Part shown: positions 27,971 through 37,274 of the stretch, one piece after another
Numbering within the stretch: position 1 is the stretch's first letter
Layout: every line of letters begins with the position of its first letter
Assembly: GCA_012517255.1 (NCBI GenBank)
Contig: JAAYVH010000044.1
Coordinates: 2,295-66,294 of the forward strand
Reading direction: 5' to 3'
Length of the DNA: 64,000 nucleotides
Source: Chthonomonadales bacterium
Lineage (GTDB): Bacteria; Armatimonadota; Chthonomonadetes; Chthonomonadales; CAJBBX01
Translations under genes and position numbers: made by a program
Notes under the pieces: model-generated
Database searches by the model: none
What the model was told of the DNA's origin: nothing
The model's input: the letters and a program-made list of their open reading frames with translations, nothing else

Positions 27971-29898
27971 GACGGCTCGACCTGGCGCACCTCGTAGGCC
28001 TCGATGAAGTCTCCCACTTGATAGTCGCCAAAGCCTTCCATGACGATGCCGCACTCGAAGCCCTGAGCCATCTCGCGCACGTCATCCTTCAGGTGCCGTA
28101 GCGAATCGATCTTCCCCTGGTAGACCACCTCGCGGCCGCGACGCAGGCGGGCCTCGGCGTTCCGCACGACCTTGCCTTCCGTTACGTAGCAGCCGGCGAT
28201 GACGGTGCCGCGCGGCGTGCGGAATGTGGCGCGCACCTCGGCCTTACCCAGGGCAATCTCCTCATAGACTGGCGCGAGCATGCCCTTCATGGCGCGCTCT
28301 ACGGCCTCGGTGAGCTCGTAGATCACCTGGAACGTGCGGGTCTCCACATGCTCCCGGTTGGCAGCGGCTTGAGCCTGCTGATCGGCCCGCACGTTGAAGC
28401 CGAGCACAACGCCGCCCGTGGATGAGGCCAGCATGATGTCGTTCTCGCCGATGGTGCCCACGCCGGTGTGGATGATCTGCAATCCGACTTCGTCTGTTGG
28501 CAGGGCGTTCAGCGCTCCCACGATCGCCTCCGCCGAGCCCTGCACGTCGGCCTTCACAATGAGCCGGAGCTCCTTGGCCTCGCCTTCCCGAATGTCGCGC
28601 CCGAAGTCGGCCAGCGACACTCGCCGACGCCCCGCGCCCAAGCGCTCGGTGCGCTGGCGCTCCTGTCGTCGCTCACACTTTTCGCGAGCGGCCCGCTCGT
28701 TCTTGACAGCCTCCAGGGCGTCTCCAGCTCGGGGCACGGCCGATAGGCCGATGATCTCAACGGGGGTGCCGGGAGTGGCCTTCTGCAGCTTCTCGCCCCG
28801 TTCGTTGGTCATGGCTTTCACTTTGCCATAGGCCACGCCGGCCACGACACAATCACCCACGCGCAGGGTTCCCTGCTGAACGAGGACGGTCGCGACTGCG
28901 CCGCGTCCGACTTCCTGACGCGCCTCGATGATGACGCCCGAGGCGCCGCCTGAAGGATCGGCGCGCAGCTCGAGCAGATCGGCCGCGAAGAGGATGTGTT
29001 CGAGCAGCTCGTCAATGCCGTCGCCCTTGAGAGCCGAAATCGGCACGCATTCGACGTCTCCGCCGTAGTCCCGCGGCACCAGGCCATGCTCGGTGAGCTG
29101 GGTCTTGATACGATCGGGGCTCGCGCCAGGCTTATCCATCTTGTTGACGGCGACGATGATGGGCACTTCTGCGGCGCGCGCATGGTTGATGGCCTCGATC
29201 GTCTGCGGCATGACGCCGTCATCCGCCGCCACGATGAGCACGACGATATCCGTAACGCTCGCGCCTCGTGCGCGCATAGCAGTGAAGGCAGCGTGGCCCG
29301 GCGTATCGAGGAAGGTGATCTTGCGTTTCTCGCCTTCGACCTCGACGTCCACCTGATAGGCGCCGATGTGCTGGGTAATCCCTCCGAACTCGCCTTCGAC
29401 GACGTTGGTATTCCGAATCGTATCCAGCAGCGTCGTCTTGCCATGATCAACATGGCCCATGATGGTCACCACCGGCGGCCGCGGCTGAGGACCTCCGCCG
29501 GGGCCCCGGTGTTTGGTAGCCGGCTTGGCAGCAGCAACGCTGTCTTTCTTGGCCTCCACCTTCACGCCATAGAGCGCGGCGAGCCGCTTGATGACGTCCG
29601 GCGACAGGCGCAGCGTGAGGGATGCGAGAACGCCTTCGGCCATCAGTCTCTTCTGGACTTCCGATGCCGAGACACCGACCAGCTCGGCGAAGTCCTTGAC
29701 GGTCGCATTGGGCGGCAGCTCGATGGTCCTTCTGCCGGCCGCTTCGGCGAAGAGCTCGCGGACCGTCTGGGCTACATCCGAGTCCACCAGCGCCGTGGGA
29801 CCGGAGACAGGCTCTCCGAGGTCTTTGAGGGATACGAGGAGTTCGGCGGGGGTAATGCCAAGCTCTGTGGCGAGTTCCGATACGCGTATTGCTGCCAT
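27967..29898 (-). CDS. infB: Translation initiation factor IF-2
   Basis: ORF track 27967..29898 (643 aa). G-domain [19 protein letters not shown] and NKMD motifs. GAGGT RBS. Confidence 0.9.
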   Translation of the reverse strand: MAAIRVSELATELGITPAELLVSLKDLGEPVSGPTALVDSDVAQTVRELFAEAAGRRTIELPPNATVKDFAELVGVSASEVQKRLMAEGVLASLTLRLSPDVIKRLAALYGVKVEAKKDSVAAAKPATKHRGPGGGPQPRPPVVTIMGHVDHGKTTLLDTIRNTNVVEGEFGGITQHIGAYQVDVEVEGEKRKITFLDTPGHAAFTAMRARGASVTDIVVLIVAADDGVMPQTIEAINHARAAEVPIIVAVNKMDKPGASPDRIKTQLTEHGLVPRDYGGDVECVPISALKGDGIDELLEHILFAADLLELRADPSGGASGVIIEARQEVGRGAVATVLVQQGTLRVGDCVVAGVAYGKVKAMTNERGEKLQKATPGTPVEIIGLSAVPRAGDALEAVKNERAAREKCERRQERQRTERLGAGRRRVSLADFGRDIREGEAKELRLIVKADVQGSAEAIVGALNALPTDEVGLQIIHTGVGTIGENDIMLASSTGGVVLGFNVRADQQAQAAANREHVETRTFQVIYELTEAVERAMKGMLAPVYEEIALGKAEVRATFRTPRGTVIAGCYVTEGKVVRNAEARLRRGREVVYQGKIDSLRHLKDDVREMAQGFECGIVMEGFGDYQVGDFIEAYEVRQVEPS

Positions 29899-29994
29899 GC
29901 TGTGCCTACCTCATTTCATCGGTTTTCTCCCAGCGCGCGGGTAGGTTCATCGCCCGCATTGCACCGAAGTGATTGGCGCGCGGCACGCTTCGTC

Positions 29995-30023
29995 AAAAAA
30001 GAGAGTGAGCCACTTGCTCACTC
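29995..30023 (-). terminator. Canonical intrinsic terminator (minus strand) about 100 nt upstream of the infB start codon
   Basis: The minus strand reads GAGTGAGC-aagtg-GCTCACTC (30023-30003), followed by TCTTTTTTG (T-run at 30000-29995). No minus-strand gene lies upstream of it. Confidence 0.5.
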
Positions 30024-30050
30024 CCGGGTGTCGTGCCTTAGCCTCGCTGC

Positions 30051-30080
30051 ACTATACCCGAAACGCTGCGGCCCCGACAA
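30051..30080 (-). promoter_or_regulatory. Candidate sigma70 promoter directed toward infB (-35 TTGTCG, -10 TATAGT)
   Basis: Minus strand: TTGTCG at 30080-30075, an 18-nt spacer and TATAGT at 30056-30051. The terminator hairpin begins about 28 nt downstream of the -10. Confidence 0.35.
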
Positions 30081-30342
30081 ACCGCCGCGGTGCGGCACGT
30101 TCCGCCGTTCCCCAGGTGGTTCACGGGACGAACCGACCGCGTGAAGCCTCGTCGCCACGGACGTCACCCTCCGGCGGCGGTCGATTCGCCCTGTGGTGCC
30201 GCACTCCTGAAGGGCGCACCGACCGGCACACGTGCACGGCATGGCACGCGAAGCGGCCCCGCGCACGACGCGCGTCATTTGCAGAGCCGACGGTAGGCCG
30301 CCGTACTGGTACAATGCCGCATTATCACCACAGGAGTCTGTT

Positions 30343-31482
30343 ATGCGCCTCGAAACGCTCGCGATCCACGCCGGCCAGCCCCCTGATCCTGCGTACGGAG
30401 CGGTCATGCCGCCGATCTATCAGACCTCGACGTTCGCCTTTGAGGCTGTGGGCAAGCCGGGCGCCTTCGACTATACCAGGAGCGGCAACCCGACCCGCAA
30501 GGCGCTGGAGGACTGCCTCGCGGCTCTGGAAGGCGGATCGCGCGCCTTCTCGTTCGCGTCAGGAATGGCGGCGGTTGCGACGGCCCTGGCGCTGCTGGAT
30601 GCCGGCGACCATGTGCTGGTCCACGACGATCTATACGGCGGCACGTACCGCTATCTCACCAACGTGACGGTCCGCCAGGGTGTGGAGGTTGGTTTCGTCA
30701 ACATGCGCGATCTGGATGCGCTTCAGGCGGCCATCCGGCCCGCCACGCGCATGATCTGGACGGAGACGCCAACCAACCCCCTCATGAACCTGCAGGATCT
30801 TGCCGCTATCGCCGCGATTGCCAGGGATAGGCGCATCATCACAGTCACCGACAACACGTTCGCGTCGCCCTACAACCAGCGCCCGCTCGACCTCGGCATA
30901 GACATATCGTTGCATTCGATGACCAAGTACATCAATGGCCATTCGGACGTGATCGCCGGCGCGCTGATCGTGCGCGACGAAGGGCTGGCCGAACGGCTCG
31001 GATTCCTTCAGAACGCGCTGGGCACGCCGCTGTCGCCCTTCGATTGCTTCCTCGTCCTGCGCGGCATCAAGACGCTGCCCATACGGATGGAGGCCCACAA
31101 CGCGAACGCGCTCGCCATCGCTCGGTGGCTGCAGGAGCAGCCAGCCGTCGCGGAGGTGCTGCATCCGGGCCTGGATTCGCATCCTCAGCGCGATCTGGCT
31201 GCGAGGCAGATGCGCGGCATAGGCGGGACTTTCTCCTTCAGGATGCAGACCGGCGATGCGGCGGTCCGATTGCTCGAGCGGGTGAAGCTGTTCACCCTGG
31301 CCGAATCGCTGGGCGGCGTCGAGTCGCTAATCGAGCACCCGTGGACCATGACCCACGTCTCGGTGCCCGAGGATGCCCGGCGGCGCATGGGTATAGACGA
31401 GCGCATGATCCGCATTAGCGTCGGGATCGAGCACCGCGACGATCTGATCGAGGATCTGGCTCAGGCCATGGGCGCCGGCTGA
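30343..31482 (+). CDS. Cys/Met-metabolism PLP enzyme (cystathionine gamma-synthase / beta-lyase / gamma-lyase family)
   Basis: ORF track 30232..31482, with the ATG at 30343 after an AGGAG RBS (MRLETLAIHAGQ...). PLP-lysine motif SMTKYINGHSD. Confidence 0.85.
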   Translation: MRLETLAIHAGQPPDPAYGAVMPPIYQTSTFAFEAVGKPGAFDYTRSGNPTRKALEDCLAALEGGSRAFSFASGMAAVATALALLDAGDHVLVHDDLYGGTYRYLTNVTVRQGVEVGFVNMRDLDALQAAIRPATRMIWTETPTNPLMNLQDLAAIAAIARDRRIITVTDNTFASPYNQRPLDLGIDISLHSMTKYINGHSDVIAGALIVRDEGLAERLGFLQNALGTPLSPFDCFLVLRGIKTLPIRMEAHNANALAIARWLQEQPAVAEVLHPGLDSHPQRDLAARQMRGIGGTFSFRMQTGDAAVRLLERVKLFTLAESLGGVESLIEHPWTMTHVSVPEDARRRMGIDERMIRISVGIEHRDDLIEDLAQAMGAG

Positions 31483-31617
31483 CGCGGATATCTTCGGCCG
31501 ATCGCCTCCAAGGCAGGAAGGACTGCCGCGACATCATAAACTGATGGCGGAAGGCCGAGCGGATCCCTTTGACCCGGCGCACCGCCGGAACCCATCACCC
31601 TGAAGGAGCGCGGACGC

Positions 31618-34600
31618 ATGCCACGACGCACGGATATCCACAAGGTCCTCATCATCGGATCTGGCCCCATCGTAATCGGCCAGGCATGCGAGTTCGACTA
31701 CTCCGGCACGCAGGCATGCAAGGCGCTGCGCTCGCTGGGCTACGAGATCGTTCTCGTGAACTCCAACCCTGCGACGATCATGACGGATCCCGTGATGGCG
31801 GATGCCACGTACGTCGAGCCTCTCACCGTCCAGAGCCTGACCCAGATTATCGAGAAGGAGCGGCCCGATGCGGTGCTGCCGAACCTGGGAGGCCAGACCG
31901 GCCTGAACCTCACCGCCGAGCTCCACAGGGCCGGAGTGCTCGATCGGTACGGCGTGCAGGTCATCGGCGTGCAGGTGGATGCCATCGAGCGCGGCGAGGA
32001 CCGCATCGAGTTCAAGAAAACGATGAACGAGCTCGGTATCGAGATGCCCCGCAGCGATCCCGCCCACAGCGTCGAAGAGGCCGAACGCATCGCAGACAGG
32101 CTGGGGTATCCGGTGGTGATTCGTCCGGCATACACGCTGGGCGGCACCGGCGGCGGGATCGTGTACAACGTCGAAGAGCTTCGGACGATAGCTGCGCGAG
32201 GAATCTCGGCCAGCATGGTGGGGCAGATTCTGGTCGAGGAATCCGTCCTCGGCTGGGAGGAGCTGGAACTCGAGGTCGTGCGCGACGTCGAGGGGAACAA
32301 GATCACCGTCTGCTTCATCGAGAACGTGGACGCGATGGGGGTCCACACCGGCGACAGCTACTGCGTCGCGCCCATGCTCACGGTGGCTCCCGAGCTTCAG
32401 GCGCGCCTGCAGGACTACTCCTATCGGATCGTGGACGCCATCGGCGTGGTCGGCGGCACCAACATCCAGTTCGCCCACAATCCGACAACAGGCCGCGTTG
32501 TGGTCATCGAGATCAATCCGCGCACGTCACGTTCGTCGGCGCTCGCCTCCAAGGCGACCGGATTTCCCATCGCGCTGGTATCGGCCAAGCTGGCCTGCGG
32601 CCTTCTGCTGCGGGAGCTCCCCTACTGGCGAGACGGCACGCTCGACAAGTACACGCCTTCGGGCGACTATGTCGTGGTGAAGTTCGCGCGGTGGGCGTTC
32701 GAGAAGTTCCCCGGATCGGTGGATCGGTTGGGAACGCAGATGCGCGCCGTCGGCGAGGTCATGAGCATCGGCAAGACCTACAAGGAAGCGCTCCAGAAGG
32801 CCATCCGATCGCTCGAGATCAAGCGCTATGGACTGGGCTTCGCCGCCGACCATCATGAAGCGCCGCTCTCGGAGCTGCGCAAGCGGCTGGCAGAGCCGAC
32901 ATCCGAGCGGCAGTTCGTCATGTATGAAGCTCTCCGGAAGGGCATGTCCGTCGAGGAGCTCCACGCCATCACGCACATCGGACGGTGGTTCATCCAGCAG
33001 ATGAAGGAGCTGGTCGAGCTCGAAGAGGAGATCCTTCGCTATCGGGGCAACGTGCCGCCGGACCACCTGCTTGCGCAGGCCAAGAAAGACGGCTTCTCCG
33101 ATCGCTACCTCGCCGAGATCCTGGGGGTGTCTGAGGATACGATCCGCGCACGACGGCTGCAGATGGGTGTGCGGCAAGCGTGGGAGGCGGTGCCCGTCTC
33201 CGGGGCCGACGCAGCCTACTACTACTCGACCTACAACGCGCCCGATACGGTGCCGGTGTCGCGGCGCCGTAAGGTCATGATCCTCGGGGGCGGTCCCAAC
33301 CGTATCGGCCAGGGCATCGAGTTCGACTACACATGCGTTCACGCCGCCTTCGCGCTGCGCGATATGGTGGTCGAGACGATCATGGTCAACTGCAACCCCG
33401 AGACCGTCTCGACCGACTACGACACGTCCGACAAGCTGTACTTCGAACCCTTGACGCTCGAAGACGTCCTCGGAATCTACGAGAAGGAACGCCCCGAGGG
33501 AGCCATCGTGCAGTTCGGCGGGCAGACGCCTCTGAACCTTGCCCAGGAGCTTAGCCGAGCCGGAGTCCGCATCCTTGGCACGAGCCCCGAGAGCATAGAC
33601 CTCGCCGAGGATCGCAAGCGCTTTGCCGAGGTGGCGCGCCGACTGGGCATACCGCAGCCTGAGAGCGGGGCAGCATCGTCGCTGGACGAGGCGCTGGCAA
33701 TCGCCCAACGGATAGGGTATCCGCTCATGGTTCGGCCTTCGTATGTGCTGGGCGGCCGGGGCATGGAATGCGTGTATGATGAAGCCATGCTGACGAGATT
33801 CGTCAACGCGGCCGTCGGCATCACGCCGGACCATCCTATGTTGCTCGACAAGTTCCTCGAGAATGCCGTCGAGGTCGAAGCGGACGCCGTATCCGACGGC
33901 GTGCAGGTCTGTGTGCCTTCGATCATGGAGCACATTGAGCTGGCCGGCATACATTCGGGCGACAGCGCGTGCGTCATCCCTCCCATCACCATCTCGCAGG
34001 AGCACAGACAGACCATCGTTGACTATACGCGGCGCCTGGCCATGGAGCTCGGGGTGGTGGGCCTCATGAACGTGCAATACGCCATCGCCGACGACTGCGT
34101 CTACATTCTGGAGGCCAACCCGCGTGCCTCGCGCACAGTGCCGCTGGTCTCCAAGGTCACCGGCGTCTCGATGGCGCGCATGGCCACCCGCATGGTGATG
34201 GGCGACTCACTCGAAGAGCGCGATATGCTCATGCCTGCGCTGGCTCACTACGGCGTGAAGGAGGCCGTGTTCCCGTTCAACATGTTCCCCGAGGTGGACC
34301 CCCTGCTCGGGCCCGAGATGCGCTCGACGGGCGAGGTGCTCGGCCTCGCGGAATGCTTCGGCATGGCCTACTTCAAGGCGCAGGAGGCCGTCGGCGGGCG
34401 GTTGCCGCTGGAAGGCACGGTGCTCGTGACCGTGGCGGATCAGGACAAGGAGGCTGCGCTCGGCGTCGCGCGGAAGCTCCGCGACATGGGCTTCCGGCTG
34501 GTGGCAACGCGCGGCACCCAGACCTATCTCGAGGAGCACGGGGTCGAGGCGCAGGCCGTTCGAAAGCTCCACGAGGGGCGCCCGAACTTGATGGACGACA

Positions 34601-34812
34601 TGCAGAACGGCGCCATCCATCTGGTGATCAACACGCCGGCCGGCAAGGATGCGGTCTGGGATGACAGCTACATCCGCAAGACCGCGGTGCGCCTCAAGAT
34701 CCCGTATCTCACGACCACGGCGGCCGCCGTGGCTGCGGCCGAGGGCATACGCGCGGCCCGCTCGGGCCACACCACGATCAGGTCGCTGCAGGAGTATTCC
34801 CGCGGCGGTTAG
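31618..34812 (+). CDS. carB: Carbamoyl-phosphate synthase large subunit
   Basis: ORF track 31618..34812 (1064 aa). Duplicated ATP-grasp halves (VLIIGSGPIVIGQACEFDYSGTQA and VMILGGGPNRIGQGIEFDY) and an MGS-like C-terminus. GAAGGAG RBS. Confidence 0.95.
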   Translation: MPRRTDIHKVLIIGSGPIVIGQACEFDYSGTQACKALRSLGYEIVLVNSNPATIMTDPVMADATYVEPLTVQSLTQIIEKERPDAVLPNLGGQTGLNLTAELHRAGVLDRYGVQVIGVQVDAIERGEDRIEFKKTMNELGIEMPRSDPAHSVEEAERIADRLGYPVVIRPAYTLGGTGGGIVYNVEELRTIAARGISASMVGQILVEESVLGWEELELEVVRDVEGNKITVCFIENVDAMGVHTGDSYCVAPMLTVAPELQARLQDYSYRIVDAIGVVGGTNIQFAHNPTTGRVVVIEINPRTSRSSALASKATGFPIALVSAKLACGLLLRELPYWRDGTLDKYTPSGDYVVVKFARWAFEKFPGSVDRLGTQMRAVGEVMSIGKTYKEALQKAIRSLEIKRYGLGFAADHHEAPLSELRKRLAEPTSERQFVMYEALRKGMSVEELHAITHIGRWFIQQMKELVELEEEILRYRGNVPPDHLLAQAKKDGFSDRYLAEILGVSEDTIRARRLQMGVRQAWEAVPVSGADAAYYYSTYNAPDTVPVSRRRKVMILGGGPNRIGQGIEFDYTCVHAAFALRDMVVETIMVNCNPETVSTDYDTSDKLYFEPLTLEDVLGIYEKERPEGAIVQFGGQTPLNLAQELSRAGVRILGTSPESIDLAEDRKRFAEVARRLGIPQPESGAASSLDEALAIAQRIGYPLMVRPSYVLGGRGMECVYDEAMLTRFVNAAVGITPDHPMLLDKFLENAVEVEADAVSDGVQVCVPSIMEHIELAGIHSGDSACVIPPITISQEHRQTIVDYTRRLAMELGVVGLMNVQYAIADDCVYILEANPRASRTVPLVSKVTGVSMARMATRMVMGDSLEERDMLMPALAHYGVKEAVFPFNMFPEVDPLLGPEMRSTGEVLGLAECFGMAYFKAQEAVGGRLPLEGTVLVTVADQDKEAALGVARKLRDMGFRLVATRGTQTYLEEHGVEAQAVRKLHEGRPNLMDDMQNGAIHLVINTPAGKDAVWDDSYIRKTAVRLKIPYLTTTAAAVAAAEGIRAARSGHTTIRSLQEYSRGG

Positions 34813-34880
34813 CCGGCGAGGGGTGCGTCCTCATGGTCCGGCCGGCTGCGCGATTCCGATGCAGCCTGCCGTGGATGGCG

Positions 34881-35477
34881 TCAGTGCGTGTGGCCCTCGT
34901 GCCCCTCGCCGGGACCGTGGTCATGGCCTGCGTGGTCGCCCTGCCCCTTGTCCATCTCGGTGCCCTTGAGCAGGGGATCGAGCAGGGGCTCATCGGTCAG
35001 CTTCTCGACCTTCAGGACCTCGATCTCAAATCGCAGCGTCGCGTTCGGCGGGATCTTGCCGTCCTCCGATCCCTTCTCGCCATAGGCGAGTTTGGGCGGA
35101 ACAATGAGGCGCCGTTTGCCGCCTTCATGAACGCCCTGCAGCCCGATATCCCAGCCGGGCATGACCATACCGCCACCGAAGAGGAACTTCAGCGGCTGGC
35201 CTTTGTCGCGGCTGGAATCGACCTTCTTGTTGCCATCCACCAGGTACACGTCGTAATGGACGGTCACCATATCGCCGGGCTCGGCGAGACGTCCCGTGCC
35301 GGCACGCAGCTCGACGATCTCGGGCTTCTCAGCCGGCTCGGCCTTCTGGGCGCTGGCGCCATGGTCGTGCCCATCGCCTGCAGGGCGCTGCTCCGACTCG
35401 GGTTTCGGAATGAGCGCAGCGATGACAAGGGCAAGGATGACGATGCCTATGACGGCTCCGATGCTCTTGAGGGCCAT
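34881..35477 (-). CDS. Membrane-anchored FKBP-type peptidyl-prolyl cis-trans isomerase with His-rich segments
   Basis: ORF track 34881..35477 (198 aa). N-terminal TM (IGAVIGIVILALVIAALI). FKBP core GDMVTVHYDVYL...GMVMPGWDIGLQGVHEGGKRRLIVPPKLAYG. His-rich tail GDHAGHDHGPGEGHEGHTH. Confidence 0.8.
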   Translation of the reverse strand: MALKSIGAVIGIVILALVIAALIPKPESEQRPAGDGHDHGASAQKAEPAEKPEIVELRAGTGRLAEPGDMVTVHYDVYLVDGNKKVDSSRDKGQPLKFLFGGGMVMPGWDIGLQGVHEGGKRRLIVPPKLAYGEKGSEDGKIPPNATLRFEIEVLKVEKLTDEPLLDPLLKGTEMDKGQGDHAGHDHGPGEGHEGHTH

Positions 35478-35685
35478 GTTCTCCAGTCCGTTGCGATGGT
35501 ATTGCGCGTCGGGCGGGCGCTGTGCGGCGTGCGTAATGCTACCCCATCCCGTCCATCAGCGATACGGATGTCCTGGCCGGTGCGGGTTCCGCATGGTCTC
35601 GAAGCAACGGAAGCGGCAGTAAGCATCGAGGGGCGCGACGTGCGCCGCGCCCCTCGATGCCAGTCTGTCTGGTTGTTCGCGTCGT

Positions 35686-35943
35686 CTACTTGTTCTTCAG
35701 CGGGCAGTTGGGGTTGGGGCCGCTGCCATCCCGCAGCCTGAGACCGTTGCCTCTCCCCTGTCCCTGCCGGAGCTGTCGGCCCATGCCGCTCCCGTCGCGG
35801 AGCCTCTGCTGAATGCGCTGGCCTGTGCCGTTGCACTGCCCGTTGCCGTAGCCGCCGCCACGTCCCTGCGCAAATGCGGGTCCGCCGATCAGAGCAGCGC
35901 CCAGCACACCCGCCGCAACCATGGTCCAAATCCGATTCTTCAT
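35686..35943 (-). CDS. Small secreted Gly/Arg-rich protein with an internal RLRDGSG repeat
   Basis: ORF track 35686..36009, with the ATG at 35943 after a GAAAGGAAAGAGGA RBS. Signal peptide MKNRIWTMVAAGVLGAALIGGPAFA. Mature region of about 60 aa with two Cys and RLRDGSG twice. Confidence 0.4.
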   Translation of the reverse strand: MKNRIWTMVAAGVLGAALIGGPAFAQGRGGGYGNGQCNGTGQRIQQRLRDGSGMGRQLRQGQGRGNGLRLRDGSGPNPNCPLKNK

Positions 35944-36202
35944 TGTCCTCTTTCCTTTCTTCTGGCTGTAGTCGCCGTATTCTGACCTCAGGACGACGCC
36001 GGCAGGCATCGGTTCCCCGACGTTGCCACGTTCGCGGGAATGACGATCGTGGGCTGGCGGCGATTGGTAGGGGCACGTTTTAGCGTGCCCCCTTCACGGC
36101 TGCCCGTCGTCCTGTCGCGGCATGCGCGACCGTAGGCCGCGCGAGCCGAACAGAACAGTCCCGGCCCTTCAGGCCGAACAGCCCGCTATAGGGATGAACA
36201 TC

Positions 36203-36362
36203 GCCCGCCTTGATTTCGACACGGCGCTTCGCGCCGGCTCAATCACCGGCGGGCTACGTGCGCGCCCCTACGGAGTGCCAGAGCGCGCGGTCCGTGGCGA
36301 GCGACGATCCGCCCACGTCATCGCGAGCGAAGCGACGCGATCCCGAACAGTCAGGGCCGATC
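36203..36362. repeat. Composite repeat copy (modules A+B)
   Basis: 36203-36306 matches 37008-37111, and 36263-36362 matches 36581-36680. The two modules overlap on CGCCCCTACGG. Confidence 0.8.
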
Positions 36363-36559
36363 AGGATAGTAGCGGCAATCGCCTCGTCGTCCTGCCGCGG
36401 CTCGCGCGGCTGTCGTAGGGGCGTATCAACCGGACGACCGACGGGGCGATCAGATGATGGGAGGTCACAACCGGCTGGAACGCCCTTCGCCGACGAATGG
36501 CGAGATCACAGGATGACCTGGGCGAACCAACCGCGCGCTGCGGCGTTCCCCTTCATCGA

Positions 36560-36680
36560 CGTTCCGGTCGGCGGTTGATTCGCCCCTACGGGCCTCCGGA
36601 TCGCGCGGTCCGTGCCGAGCGACGCTCCGCCCACGTCATCGCGAGCAAAGCGACGCGATCCCGAACAGTCAGGGCCGATC
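36560..36680. repeat. Composite repeat copy (modules E+B)
   Basis: 36560-36590 (CGTTCCGGTCGGCGGTTGATTCGCCCCTACG) recurs at 36867-36897. 36581-36680 is the second copy of module B. Confidence 0.8.
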
Positions 36681-36720
36681 CGCGTATCGGCATCGCCAGA
36701 CGTGACGGCCATAGGCGCTC

Positions 36721-36750
36721 GGGATTGCCGCGCTTCGCTCGCAATGACGT
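36721..36750. repeat. Module C copy 1 (GGGATTGCCGCGCTTCGCTCGCAATGACGT)
   Basis: 30-mer repeated at 36966-36995 with one mismatch. Confidence 0.8.
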
Positions 36751-36866
36751 GTGGAGGCAGCGAGACGAAGCGGCCACCTTACGGCCGAAGGCCGTGTAGC
36801 AGAGGGTTCACCCCACGCGAGAACACAACGTTGAGCGCTGCCCGATGCCGCGTTCCTCGTGGCGGT

Positions 36867-36897
36867 CGTTCCGGTCGGCGGTTGGTTCGCCCCTACG
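36867..36897. repeat. Module E copy 2
   Basis: CGTTCCGGTCGGCGGTTGGTTCGCCCCTACG has one mismatch to 36560-36590. Confidence 0.8.
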
Positions 36898-36965
36898 AGT
36901 TGCCGCTACGCGGTCGCACCGGCGTCCTTGGTAGGGGCAACGCGGAACCCGACGGACTAACCTTC

Positions 36966-36995
36966 GGGATTGCCACGCTTCGCTCGCAATGACGT
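36966..36995. repeat. Module C copy 2
   Basis: GGGATTGCCACGCTTCGCTCGCAATGACGT has one mismatch to 36721-36750. Confidence 0.8.
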
Positions 36996-37007
36996 ATCGG
37001 CGTCGCG

Positions 37008-37111
37008 GCCCGCCTTGATTTCGACACGGCGCTTCGCGCCGGCTCAATCACCGGCGGGCTACGTGCGCGCCCCTACGGAGTGCCAGAGCGCGCTCTCCGT
37101 GGCAAACGACG
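37008..37111. repeat. Module A copy 2
   Basis: The first 86 nt (37008-37093) are identical to 36203-36288, and the next ~18 nt are similar. Confidence 0.85.
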
Positions 37112-37170
37112 TTCCCTCCTTCGCTGGAACACTGGTCGGGCAACAACGGAATGGCCGACGGCGTAGTGTT

Positions 37171-37256
37171 AAGCACGCGCGCACGCGCGAGCATAGCCAG
37201 CTGTCCACGGATAGTTTGTCACTACAGCGTAAAGCACCCGCGCACGCGCGAGCATA
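37171..37256. repeat. Pair of 25-bp direct repeats just upstream of the dioxygenase gene
   Basis: AAGCACGCGCGCACGCGCGAGCATA (37171-37195) and AAGCACCCGCGCACGCGCGAGCATA (37232-37256) differ at one position and are 61 nt apart start to start. The second copy ends 18 nt before the GTG at 37275, next to the GGAAAGGAG RBS. Confidence 0.7.
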
Positions 37257-37274
37257 AGGAAAGGAGCGATAACC

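Larger units (their letters stand above)
36010..37274. repeat. 1.26-kb non-coding island built from interspersed short repeat modules (REP/MITE-like mosaic)
   Basis: No credible ORF, only Arg/Ala-rich shadow ORFs. Modules recur inside the island: A 36203-36306 = 37008-37111 (first 86 nt identical); B 36263-36362 ~ 36581-36680 (about 90% identical); C 36721-36750 ~ 36966-36995 (1 mismatch); E 36560-36590 ~ 36867-36897 (1 mismatch). A 16-mer CGTCGTCCTG(T/C)CGCGG occurs at 36105 and 36385, and a hairpin GGGGCACG/CGTGCCCC lies at 36070-36091. Confidence 0.75.

Noticed and set aside
29899-30342. SAM or cobalamin riboswitch upstream of the cystathionine-family gene
   Set aside because: I compared the + strand by eye with the SAM-I/II cores and the cobalamin B12-box. 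Only scattered weak similarities were seen (for example GCCACGG), and none of the conserved cores is present. Infernal/Rfam would be decisive.
30018-30407. 129-aa minus-strand ORF in the infB leader region
   Set aside because: It overlaps the start of the + strand PLP-enzyme gene, is Arg/Gly-rich, has no RBS and terminates inside the terminator hairpin.
31534-34077. Long minus-strand ORFs (31534..32478 and 32527..34077)
   Set aside because: They are antisense to carB, whose identity is unambiguous, and their composition is shadow-ORF-like. The same reasoning applies to 1351..2742, 8514..9473, 15436..17034, 20335..21798, 39556..40944, 55951..57240 and 57333..58457.
36010-37274. Possible CRISPR array, because of multiple repeated segments in a gene-free region
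   Set aside because: The repeats are of unequal length (16-104 nt), occur only twice each, are not regularly spaced, and appear in shuffled order with partial overlaps. No cas genes are nearby. This is better explained as a REP/MITE-like mosaic.
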